From a virus, in IMG/VR virus record IMGVR_UViG_3300036826_000261, positions 1 to 64,000 of that record: DNA of 64,000 nt. One strand, written 5' to 3'. The notes beneath the pieces are model-generated. The model searched no databases and was not told where the DNA came from. It saw only the letters and a program-made list of their open reading frames with translations. Positions within the stretch are counted from its first letter, which is position 1. Each line of letters starts with the position of its first letter. The translations under genes were made by a program, and so were the position numbers. Below, piece by piece: positions 1-9,211 of this stretch.

Positions 1-38
1 CGAACAACACGAAACCAAGGGTAGAGGCCCGTTAGTTC

Positions 39-2471
39 ATGTCTGGGGAACAATATGATTCATCCGCCGTCAGATTGCAACTGCATAGCTTGGGCTACGC
101 GCCGATCCCCAACCACGGCAAACTACCCGGAATCAAGGGATGGAATGCAAGTGACTATGTTGCAAGGGAAATTCTGTTTCGGGGCAACCCGATCGCACGG
201 CTTAAAAGCTGGCTAAAAAGATTTCCCGACGCCCGCACCACCGGCATCCGGATCGAAAACGGGCTGGTCGTCATCGATATCGACTGCGACGACGAGGCCA
301 TGGTGCAGGCGCTGTTGGATGCACTGCAGCGGGTGGCGCCCGGCGTCGCACAGTCCGCGCCGATCCGCTGCGCCAGCGGCAGTTGGAAGCTCGCGATCTT
401 TGCCCGGTTGGAGGGCAAGCCGTTCGTCCGGATCGGCACCCGCAAGTACCAGCGCCCCGGTGATCCACCGAAAAAATACCATCACGTCGAAGCGTTCGGC
501 GGCAAGCCGCTGAAGTCCGGCAAATGCTCGCGGCAATTCGCGATCGACGGTCCGCGCAGCTACACCGACGATGGCGATGTCGAAAGCTGGTACCAGTGGA
601 TGGAAGACGGCCCGCCGCTGTACGAGGTAGCGCTGGCCGATCTGCCGACGATCACCGAAGACCAGATTTGGGAATTGTTCACCGCGTTCGAGGTGCAGGC
701 CGAAGCCTTGGGCTGGACTCGCGTCGAGACCAAGGATGAAGGCCACGGCGAGGGCGACGACATTTTCGATATCGATCCGGAGATCATGCGGTTCGATGTC
801 TTCAACGGCCCGCAACAAATTACTTACAACGATCTGGAAACGTTAGCTCTCACCGAAACCGATTTGCGGGTGTCGCCTGAGTTCATGCCGGACGAACAGA
901 CCGAACGGCCGGATCGCTGCAGCGTGTTTTGGTCGAATCGTTTCGACTGTGCGGTGATCAAGGATTGGAAAACCAACGCACGGCATTACCCGATCGACAA
1001 GGCGCCGGTCGCACAACAGGATTTCGGCGCCAAGCTGCAAGCTTTGGCCGACAAGCTCGGGGTCAAGATGACACCCGGGTGGAGCAAACGGGTCGTCGAT
1101 GAAGTCGAGACGCTCGAAGCCGGCGTGATCACGCAGGACGGTGTCGCTCGGGTGTTCGTGCAGCGCTACGCCAGCACGCTGCGGTTCTGCCATCACACCG
1201 ATGCGTGGTTCGTGTGGACCGGCACTTACTGGAGACGAGACGAAACCAAGCTGGCGTTTCATTTCTGCCGGTTGCTCGGTCGTGAAGTGACGCAGCTCTC
1301 GACCAAGTCGGAAACCAAGGAAGTGCGCAAGATCGCTTTTGCTGGCGGCGTCGAGAAATTCGCCCGCACTGACGTAGAGATCGCCGTGACGTCGGCGGAC
1401 TGGGATCAAGACCCTTATCTGCTCGGCACGCCCGGCGGCACGGTCGATTTGCGCACTGGTAAACTGCGCGATGCCGATCCGGCCGATGGCATCACCAAGA
1501 TCACCGCAGTAACACCGGCTGAGACCGCCGACTGCCCGCGATGGATAAAATTCCTCAACGAGACCTTCAGCGGCGCACAGGACACCATTCGATTCGTGCA
1601 GCAATGGTGCGGCTACTGTTTGACCGGAGATGTCCTCGAGCACGCGCTCGTGTTCGGCTGCGGCAACGGCGGCAATGGCAAGGGCACGCTGCTCGATACC
1701 GTCACCGGCATCATGCAGGACTATGCCGTGACTGCACCGATGGAAACTTTTGTCGCAACCAAGTGGAGCGCGCACCCGACCGAGCTGGCGATGCTGCGCG
1801 GCGCGCGAATGGTCACGGCCTCGGAAACCGAAGAGGGTCGATCGTGGGCTGAAGCCCGCATCAAGCAAATCACCGGCGGCGACAGAATCTCGGCGCGGTT
1901 CATGCACAAGGATTTCTTCACCTACATGCCGTCGTTCAAGCTCACCATTATCGGCAATCACAAGCCGGTGCTGCACTCGATCGATGACGCGATCAAGCGC
2001 CGTTTCAATCTGCTGCCGTTTCTGTTCAAGCCGGCGAAGCCTGATCTGCTGCTCGGTCAGACCTTGCGAGGAGAATGGCCCGGCATCCTGCGTTGGATGA
2101 TCGACGGTTGCCTGGATTGGCAGAAGCATCGATTGATCCGGCCCAAGGCGGTCACAGAGGCGACGACGACCTACTTCAAGGATCAGGATTTGATCGGGCA
2201 GTGGCTGGAGGAATGCTGCGAGATCGCGATCGGCAACCGACGAATATGGACATCATCCAGTCAACTGTTCGCTTCGTGGTCGGAGTTCGCGCGACGGGCT
2301 GGCGAATCCGCCGGCAGCAGCAAAGCGTTCGCCACCGAGCTGGCCCGACGCGGTTTCGAGAAGGGCGAGCAGGGCGATGCCAACGTCAAAGTCCGTTATG
2401 GAATCAGGCTGAAAGGCGCGCTGCGGATCGTGGCGGGCACTGATGTGGATGACGACACGAAAAAAGGTTGA
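39..2471 (+). CDS. Primase-helicase: N-terminal bifunctional PrimPol domain plus D5/P4-family SF3 helicase
   Basis: N-terminal K.P..KGW and VIDID motifs; WDQDPYLLGTPGGTVDLRTG; Walker A GNGGNGKGT; ASETEEG and IKQITGGD.I.ARF motifs. Confidence 0.92.
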   Translation: MSGEQYDSSAVRLQLHSLGYAPIPNHGKLPGIKGWNASDYVAREILFRGNPIARLKSWLKRFPDARTTGIRIENGLVVIDIDCDDEAMVQALLDALQRVAPGVAQSAPIRCASGSWKLAIFARLEGKPFVRIGTRKYQRPGDPPKKYHHVEAFGGKPLKSGKCSRQFAIDGPRSYTDDGDVESWYQWMEDGPPLYEVALADLPTITEDQIWELFTAFEVQAEALGWTRVETKDEGHGEGDDIFDIDPEIMRFDVFNGPQQITYNDLETLALTETDLRVSPEFMPDEQTERPDRCSVFWSNRFDCAVIKDWKTNARHYPIDKAPVAQQDFGAKLQALADKLGVKMTPGWSKRVVDEVETLEAGVITQDGVARVFVQRYASTLRFCHHTDAWFVWTGTYWRRDETKLAFHFCRLLGREVTQLSTKSETKEVRKIAFAGGVEKFARTDVEIAVTSADWDQDPYLLGTPGGTVDLRTGKLRDADPADGITKITAVTPAETADCPRWIKFLNETFSGAQDTIRFVQQWCGYCLTGDVLEHALVFGCGNGGNGKGTLLDTVTGIMQDYAVTAPMETFVATKWSAHPTELAMLRGARMVTASETEEGRSWAEARIKQITGGDRISARFMHKDFFTYMPSFKLTIIGNHKPVLHSIDDAIKRRFNLLPFLFKPAKPDLLLGQTLRGEWPGILRWMIDGCLDWQKHRLIRPKAVTEATTTYFKDQDLIGQWLEECCEIAIGNRRIWTSSSQLFASWSEFARRAGESAGSSKAFATELARRGFEKGEQGDANVKVRYGIRLKGALRIVAGTDVDDDTKKG

Positions 2472-2502
2472 ATGATACTTAAAACGGTTAAATGTTACCA
2501 AC

Positions 2503-2599
2503 CACGAGCCGATACGAGCCGATCTACTATTTCCCGCACGCACGTGCGCGCGCGCACATACGTGAGACGATACGGACGACCAGCTCGTATCGGCTCGTG
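2503..2599. repeat. 17-bp inverted repeat around an alternating purine-pyrimidine tract; putative replication origin
   Basis: CACGAGCCGATACGAGC (2503-2519) and its exact reverse complement (2583-2599); ACGAGCCGAT tandem x2; 30-nt alternating tract at 2535-2564; directly after the primase gene. Confidence 0.6.
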
Positions 2600-2671
2600 A
2601 TGACTCTTGCCGCCGGCTACCAGTGGCGTTATTTGTTTTATATTTTCGCCGGCAAGAACTGAGGGCACGCC

Positions 2672-3031
2672 ATGAAATTCAAGACCGGTGAATCGGTGGT
2701 CTGCATCGACGACAGCTTCACGTGGGCGCGCAAAAAGTACGCGATGTTCAAAATCACGTGGCCGACGCAAGGCTGCTGCTATGTGGTGCGCGGCTATGCG
2801 ATCAAGGGTGACTACCCGGCGATCGTGCTGCGCGGCATCGTCAATCCGAGAATCCCGTACAATGACGGCATCTGGCGTGAGGCTGGATTTTGGGAAGAGC
2901 GGTTCGAGCGCGCGCCGTCGATCGACAACTTGAAGCAGATCGCCGAAACGATCTCGAATATGTTTCCGAAGGCGTTCGAGCGTGACATGCCGGAGTTGGA
3001 AGATTTGGAGGATGCAAATGCAGACGCATAA
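2672..3031 (+). CDS. Hypothetical phage protein
   Basis: GAGGG RBS; FK.GE.VVCIDD N-terminus typical of small phage proteins. Confidence 0.75.
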   Translation: MKFKTGESVVCIDDSFTWARKKYAMFKITWPTQGCCYVVRGYAIKGDYPAIVLRGIVNPRIPYNDGIWREAGFWEERFERAPSIDNLKQIAETISNMFPKAFERDMPELEDLEDANADA

Positions 3032-3608
3032 CGTGGTGATGGAACGCAAGGAAGCATTGACGCTGTTTCGCAAGTACAAGGAGCACAAGCATTACTCGAC
3101 GCCGATCGATCGCGAGGTGCAGCGTGCTTATCAGTTGATCAGTCAGGGCCGGCTGGTGATCAAGGCGCTGCAATCGATCGTCGATGCCGGCCTCGATGCC
3201 GATGGGCATCCCAAGCTGGCGATCGCGCCGGCCGATGCCGAGCGGGTGGTATGCCGGATCGAGAGAAATGGTTCGTGCGTGATGGATTCACGAACCGCGC
3301 AAACTTGGAAACGACATGGTGAACGGTTTATCAGTGAGCGTGCTTATGTCGCGTGGCCGCGCGATACGTTTTCCAATGTGCCGAAAGATGTCTGGAACGC
3401 GCAGGCGCAGGTGCCGATGATCCCGCTGCATTTGAAACCGCAGCGCGCTCTGCCGAATTATCACATCCTGTTCGAAGCGGTGTGGACGAAGGCACCGCCG
3501 CTTGATCCGTTGCTGTTGCGCCGGATCGGCAAGGCCGATCTGTGGGTGGTGTGTGCGGCATGGGACTTGACGGAAGTCGAGCGCGGTGCGTTGGCGACAC
3601 GGGTGTGA
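3018..3608 (+). CDS. Conserved hypothetical phage protein
   Basis: GGAGG RBS; C-terminal ILFEA.W...P.DP.LL.RIG..LW.V.AAWDLT..ER motif; start chosen from the RBS. Confidence 0.8.
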   Translation: MQTHNVVMERKEALTLFRKYKEHKHYSTPIDREVQRAYQLISQGRLVIKALQSIVDAGLDADGHPKLAIAPADAERVVCRIERNGSCVMDSRTAQTWKRHGERFISERAYVAWPRDTFSNVPKDVWNAQAQVPMIPLHLKPQRALPNYHILFEAVWTKAPPLDPLLLRRIGKADLWVVCAAWDLTEVERGALATRV

Positions 3609-3672
3609 ACATGCGAAACAAACACGGCGGCGCGTGCTATCGGTGCGGGCGCTACGTGGCGCAGGGGTGCTT

Positions 3673-3879
3673 ATGACAGTCATCGATCCGAACGATCCGC
3701 TCTACAGCATCGTGGTGATCAACGGCGTTGAATTGAGATCGGACGAAGTGATGGTGCTGCGAACGGTGGTGGACTTGACGGTTGCGTCGTTGAATGCGTT
3801 GCCGTTCGATACGATGCTCGACAAAGGCAGTCACGCGCGCTTGTTGTATATTCAAAAGTTGTTAGCAGACGGAGAATGA
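3673..3879 (+). CDS. Small hypothetical protein
   Basis: ORF coupled to the next gene by an ATGA overlap. Confidence 0.5.
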   Translation: MTVIDPNDPLYSIVVINGVELRSDEVMVLRTVVDLTVASLNALPFDTMLDKGSHARLLYIQKLLADGE

Positions 3880-4454
3880 TTAACGTGACAGTTGCAGAGA
3901 TACTTGGTTGTGGATCGCCAACCAACATGCGTCGCAAAAATGATTTCTACGAAACCGAGAGTCAGCACACGCAGGCGTTGCTCGATGCGATTACAATTGA
4001 CGGCCCGGTGTGGGAGCCGTGTGCCGGCAAGGGCGCGATCTCCAGGGTGCTGCGTGCCAACGGTTTCAAGGTGATCGAAAACGATCTGGTGGCATTTCGA
4101 AAGATCACCAAGGCCAATTTTCTGGATGCTACCAGGGCGAAGGCGTCCACCATCATCACCAATCCGCCCTATAAGCACGCGACACGGTTCATCGAACATG
4201 CGCGCTATCTGAATGTGGAATTTCTGGCGTTGCTGTTGAGCGCGCATTTTCTCAACACCGAACTGCGCTACAAGCTCGTGCAGAGCGTCGGTTATCCGAC
4301 GCACATCTACGGCTTGGTCAAGCGTCCGGATTTCACCGGCGAGGGCTCACCGCCGATGGTGTGCAGTTGGTTCGTATGGGAGCGTTGGGGCGCGCGATCG
4401 TCCAAGTTTCGATTGCTGGACAATCGATCGCGTGAGAGGGTTGCATCACGGTGA
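3876..4454 (+). CDS. Putative amino (N6-adenine-type) DNA methyltransferase
   Basis: DFYET, WEPCAGKGAI (SAM-binding) and ITNPPY catalytic motifs. Confidence 0.8.
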   Translation: MINVTVAEILGCGSPTNMRRKNDFYETESQHTQALLDAITIDGPVWEPCAGKGAISRVLRANGFKVIENDLVAFRKITKANFLDATRAKASTIITNPPYKHATRFIEHARYLNVEFLALLLSAHFLNTELRYKLVQSVGYPTHIYGLVKRPDFTGEGSPPMVCSWFVWERWGARSSKFRLLDNRSRERVASR

Positions 4455-4510
4455 TTATGCGTGTAAGGGCATGACCCACTTGAGGGCTACGTGTATGCTG
4501 GGGCACACGC

Positions 4511-5011
4511 ATGGCAGCCTTCTGGTCGGTCGCACAGACCGAATCGCAACGCGAGAACGTTGCAGCCGCGTTTTTGAAGCAAGCTAATTTCCAAATCTAT
4601 CTTCCGAAAATTCGAACAGGTCACGGCAAGCGCGAGCGCGTGCTGCCGTTGTTTCCTGGCTATGTGTTTGTCGAGATCGTGGATCGCTGGTACGACATCC
4701 GCTGGACGGTCGGCGTGCTGCAACTGCTGTTGGTCGGCGAGCTGCCGGCGCGTGTGCCCGATAGCGTGATGACGTCGATTCGACGGCAAGAGGGTAAGGA
4801 TGGTTTGGTCAAGCTGCCGAAGCCTCGCGGGCTGGTGCGCGGTGATCCGATACGTGTGTTGCGCGGATCGTTCGAGGGTCGGATCGGTGTCTATCAGGGT
4901 TTAAGCAGTTCGCAGCGCTCGAAAATCCTGCTCAGTCTGCTCGGACGTCAGGTGCCGGTGTTGCTGCCGACGCAAGACGTCAAAGCCTTGGCAGCCTCTT
5001 GCGGTGCTTGA
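4511..5011 (+). CDS. NusG/RfaH-family transcription antiterminator
   Basis: PLFPGYVFV (NGN domain) and KOW-like GDPIRVLRGSFEGRIG; lies ahead of the packaging/late genes. Confidence 0.9.
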   Translation: MAAFWSVAQTESQRENVAAAFLKQANFQIYLPKIRTGHGKRERVLPLFPGYVFVEIVDRWYDIRWTVGVLQLLLVGELPARVPDSVMTSIRRQEGKDGLVKLPKPRGLVRGDPIRVLRGSFEGRIGVYQGLSSSQRSKILLSLLGRQVPVLLPTQDVKALAASCGA

Positions 5012-5280
5012 TGTTTTGGCATTATGCTCCGCGCCTCCCAACCGTCAGAAATTGCCGTCAGTTTTCATACGAAGGGCACAAACTGCGTTCAAAGCGCAGC
5101 GTCCGTCGCGCGCAGCGCGCTGTCGAGTTGATTGGGAAAAACGTTTTCCACGGGTAACGGTTGGGAAATTCGTTTCGTCCGTGGAGATGAAGGGGCGATC
5201 AGACATCAGCTAAGACATGTCCTTGTGCCCTCAAGCTGCATGCCTTGGTGCGTCTGATCGCCTCAGCACGTTTGTTCGTC

Positions 5281-5604
5281 ATGACCAGACGCTTCGATCC
5301 CGGAAACGAATGGTACGGACTTGCGCGGTGGAAGAAGCGCAGGCGTGTGCAACTGCGGCAGCATCCACTGTGCAAGCTGTGCGAACAACTACATGGGTTA
5401 ATCGTACCCGCCTCGGTCGTTGATCACGTGGTGCCGCACCGCGGAGATCGCGAACTGTTCGAGAACGGGGAACTGCAATCACTCTGCGTCAAATGCCACG
5501 ACAGCGTCAAGAGGACGATTGAGCAGCGTGGTTACTCTTTGGATATCGGCGTCAACGGTTGGCCTGTCGATCACCGGCATCCCTGCTACAAGGTTCGACA
5601 GTAG
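5281..5604 (+). CDS. HNH endonuclease, terminase-associated (HK97 gp74-like)
   Basis: W...R..QL..HPLC..C, VVDHVVPHRG and LQSLC.KCH motifs; upstream of the terminase genes; start uncertain. Confidence 0.9.
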   Translation: MTRRFDPGNEWYGLARWKKRRRVQLRQHPLCKLCEQLHGLIVPASVVDHVVPHRGDRELFENGELQSLCVKCHDSVKRTIEQRGYSLDIGVNGWPVDHRHPCYKVRQ

Positions 5605-6498
5605 CTTACACCGAGCTGATGGTGTGGTGCGACTGCGACCGATTAGCACGTTATAGTTTTTGCAAGCGTTAAATCCAGTGGGGTAAAAGCATCCTGAAAT
5701 CCTTGGATCGGCCCTTCTTTTCGTGGGTTGCTTTGAGGTTGCTTGTTCGTTTCTGATTCGTGCTGCATGCTGGCAATGGTGGTGCTCAGACTTCGGCTAT
5801 TCAGCAGTTCGGAATATCCGAACAAACAAACAAATAACTTCTGGGTTCCACGGGATCGGGCCGGAAGCGTCCATTTTCCATCGTTCGATCGTAGTTAGAC
5901 CCAGTTCCAGGGCTCGCCAGATGGCCGCCCATGCGTTAGAATGCGCAGGTCTTCACCCGACAAAGGCCCTAGAGGCAAACGCCTCTCAGCGGCCTTCTAA
6001 TCGAAGCGGGTATCAAGGTACGCAAATCACTTAAAAGAGGGGCCAGGGGGGCATTTCGGAAAATCCGAAAGTTCCATATCCTCCGGCGCGGCGGCGCTCG
6101 AATGTTGCCTTATCCTGATACCTATGACTTCCTTGATTTTATTGAAGAATTTCGGCTGTTTGTGTAACTCAGGCAAATCGGGCCGTTTTGGTTATTTGTT
6201 TGCTTCTGTTATTCCGAATTGGCCCGGTGCGGCCCGAACGACGCTTGCAAACCATTGATTTTATTTGGAGAATTTTGGTCTACGACCAGCTCGAAAGCGA
6301 TGCCCAGTGCGTGGCATATAGCTCGGCTGGCGGTATCGCTGGGAGGGTGAACGAACCAGGATTCACCCCTGGATCAACTGAAAACCGGCCGGTTCCAGCC
6401 GGTTCCATTCAAGGTAGCCGGGACCTTCCCTGTGCCGTACCTCGGTGCGCGCCCCGCGCGCAGCGCGTCATCGTCGGGGCGATGCGCGCCGGCACAGC

Positions 6499-6765
6499 CT
6501 AGTCCGGGTTCTTGCGGAACGGCCAGTTGCGCATCGCGTCCGCGATCGTGCGCGCCTCGGCGACCTTTCGATCGAGCCCGCCGGGCTCACAGTCCGGCAC
6601 CAGCAGGCTGGCCTGTATAGCCCACTTGTCCACCAATCCGTCAGCAAGGTTGTCCTGCCCGATCAAGAGAAACACCGGCATGTCCGGGTTCTTGCCGGCG
6701 TGATAGGCGAGCGGGCCTTCGCCGCGCCGCGTGGCGTCGAACAGTTGTTTCGCTGTGATCGTCAT
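6499..6765 (-). CDS. Hypothetical phage protein
   Basis: PVF.L.GQD.LA...V..W and K..EA..IA.AM..W motifs; GGGAGA RBS on the minus strand. Confidence 0.65.
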   Translation of the reverse strand: MTITAKQLFDATRRGEGPLAYHAGKNPDMPVFLLIGQDNLADGLVDKWAIQASLLVPDCEPGGLDRKVAEARTIADAMRNWPFRKNPD

Positions 6766-6778
6766 CGAGGGTTCTCCC

Positions 6779-7303
6779 ATGGCCAAGACCAGTTATCGAT
6801 CGAGCGCGGACCGCGCAACAGACGCCGCAGTCATTCCGGGCGCGCGCGTGCCGCCGCCGAAAGAGCTGGAGCCGGAGGCCGCGAAAATCTGGAACGAGAT
6901 CGTCGGCCGGCTGCCGCCGGACTGGATCACCAACGAGACCAAGCCGCTGTTGAAGGAGTACTGCCGGCATTCGCTGTACGCCGACAGCTTCGCGCGCGAC
7001 ATCGAAATGGTTCGGGCGCATTTGACGGCGTTGAATGCCGCGTTGCCGCCGGAAGACTCGCGGTTGAAGCCGAAGCCGGCGACGTTGAAGGCGATCAGGG
7101 TGACGACGTCCAACCTGCTCGAACTGCACCGCGCGCACGGCTACGAGACCGATCGCATGATCACGCTCGCCACCAAGATGCGCTTCACGCAGCAGAGCAA
7201 GTATTTCCCGGACAAGGCGGCGTCGAAGTCGAAGACCAGCGCGTCGGCGGGTCCGAAGCCCTGGCACGATTGGGGCAACAGCGACAACGATCCGGTCAAC
7301 TGA
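6779..7303 (+). CDS. Terminase small subunit (P27-like)
   Basis: PP..L..EA..IW..IV, LL..YC and LATKMR.T.QS pattern; position between HNH and large terminase. Confidence 0.75.
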   Translation: MAKTSYRSSADRATDAAVIPGARVPPPKELEPEAAKIWNEIVGRLPPDWITNETKPLLKEYCRHSLYADSFARDIEMVRAHLTALNAALPPEDSRLKPKPATLKAIRVTTSNLLELHRAHGYETDRMITLATKMRFTQQSKYFPDKAASKSKTSASAGPKPWHDWGNSDNDPVN

Positions 7304-7580
7304 CGAGGCGATCATGGAAGCGAAAATCTATGAAGCGCGCGATGGATTTGTCGGCTCGGAGATCGGCTCCTACGTCACCCGTGAAGGTATCGATGGCATC
7401 GTGTTGTAGCAGATCGGCAGCCGCGTCGTGCATGTCTATCGCCGTCAGTCCTTGGCGCCGCGTGCGCCGACCATCATCGTCGCCGTCCCGGAAGACCACG
7501 AAGACGTTTTGCGATAGAGCAATAAATCGTGTTCACCAGCATCAGCACGATCGACGGGGGGTTTTACCCGGAGATGGCTC

Positions 7581-7970
7581 ATGCGTTACCTTGTAGCTTC
7601 GATGGTTGTTAGCAGCGTCTGTGCCGGGTTCTATCCTGTCGTGCAGTCGCAGCTCGTGCCGTCGCCTGTCGTTGTCACTGACGTGTCGCGCTATGGCGGC
7701 GACACGGTGCCCGGCAGCATGAACGGCGCCAATCTCACTTACGCTCAAGACGTTTCGATTCCGCCGCCGCCGCATCAGGTCGTGCCGGTAGTCAGGATTC
7801 GCAATCACCATGCGATACGTCATATGTCGTCGCAACAGCTTGCGCAGGCCAGAGCCAAGCTCGAACGTTCGCTCAGGCAAACCAATTTGTTCGGCAGGAA
7901 GTACAACGAAGAATTGGCGCGGATGAAGGGCAAGCGCGCCGCGCTGATCGTTAACGAGACACCGGATTGA
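7581..7970 (+). CDS. Hypothetical protein with signal-peptide-like N-terminus
   Basis: GGAG RBS; hydrophobic N-terminus; coupled to the next ORF. Confidence 0.55.
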   Translation: MRYLVASMVVSSVCAGFYPVVQSQLVPSPVVVTDVSRYGGDTVPGSMNGANLTYAQDVSIPPPPHQVVPVVRIRNHHAIRHMSSQQLAQARAKLERSLRQTNLFGRKYNEELARMKGKRAALIVNETPD

Positions 7971-8506
7971 TGACAGACAGTTCGCCGCGTCCCGACTTTC
8001 CCAAACCGAAATGCCGTGTCGTGTTCGTCGCCGGTCCGCCGGCCGCCGGCAAGTCGAGCTACGTGCGCAAGCACGCCGCTTCTTGCGACATCGTGATCGA
8101 CTTCGATGCGATCGGCTACCAGATGGGCGTCAGCCGCGAGCGCAGTTCGGAACAGATCAATCTGATTCTCGCCGAGCGCAATCGCCGCTTGGCGGCGCTG
8201 GCCGATGAGCCGCCGCAGCGCACCGCGTGGGTGATCGTGACGGCGCCGAGCCGGCAGTTGCGCAAGTGGTGGGGCGATGCGCTCGGCGCCAAACTGATGG
8301 ATCGCGTGCTGGTCTGTGCCGATCGGCAGATTTGTCGTGAGCGTGTTCGTCGCGATCCGACGCGCCGTGGCATGGTCAACAAATATCTGCGGGCGATCGA
8401 TCAATGGTTCGAGCGCGAGAAGAACGACGATCCGGGCTGGCTTGCGCCGGGTTGCGACGCCAATGGCTATCCGCGCGATCAACTCCACCCATGGAATGCG
8501 ACATGA
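7970..8506 (+). CDS. P-loop kinase/AAA_33-like protein
   Basis: VAGPPAAGKSSYV Walker A; IVIDFDAI. Confidence 0.8.
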   Translation: MTDSSPRPDFPKPKCRVVFVAGPPAAGKSSYVRKHAASCDIVIDFDAIGYQMGVSRERSSEQINLILAERNRRLAALADEPPQRTAWVIVTAPSRQLRKWWGDALGAKLMDRVLVCADRQICRERVRRDPTRRGMVNKYLRAIDQWFEREKNDDPGWLAPGCDANGYPRDQLHPWNAT

Positions 8507-8798
8507 CGACGAGATCATGAGCCATGTGTGTCTGTTCGAGGGTATCGGGCTCGGCGTATTGCTCGTGATCGCCGTGTGGGTACTGTCGGCGCATCTTCCG
8601 TGAGAAGAGTTTTTGTCATGACCGGCTGCCGCATGGTGGGGAACACGCAGGGGCAGCCGGCCACTATCCGATGGACTTTCTGCAACGGGGTACGAGGTAG
8701 ATTGTCCTTCGGAATCTGTGCTGGTAACTTGTTTGTTCACGGCCAGTCAATGGCCCTGATGGGGTAGGCACCGCCCTCGCACCAGAGAGGGTACAGCA

Positions 8799-9014
8799 AT
8801 GGCAATTCAACGAGCCTTTGCGCGCGGTGAGCGCGTCAAACTGCAGGAAGCTTTTGCACGTGCGTTGATGGCGAAACGAGATTTGGATTGGCTGAAGCGG
8901 CGCGGCACGGTCACCTATTGCAGTCCGCAGACTGTGTACGTGCGATGGGATGGCCGAAACACGCTTGACAATCTGCCGATCAAGGGCGTCGAGCATGCCG
9001 AGCAGCGCGAGTAA
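8799..9014 (+). CDS. Small SH3-like hypothetical protein
   Basis: GAGGG RBS; F..GERV ... RGTV ... V.V.WDG pattern. Confidence 0.55.
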   Translation: MAIQRAFARGERVKLQEAFARALMAKRDLDWLKRRGTVTYCSPQTVYVRWDGRNTLDNLPIKGVEHAEQRE

Positions 9015-9211
9015 TATCGAGCTGCGTGTTGCGGCGGACGTCTTCGACCAGTGCATCCATGCACTGTTTCCATGTCGCATCGAAATTGGAATACCACCCC
9101 GGATCACCGCGGAAGGTTGCAACGTGCGTGCGCTGCCATATCGGCAGCTTCATCAGCGCGGCCAGCAGGATCAGCGCTGCAAACATAAATACAATTCGAC
9201 GAGTCAAGGAC

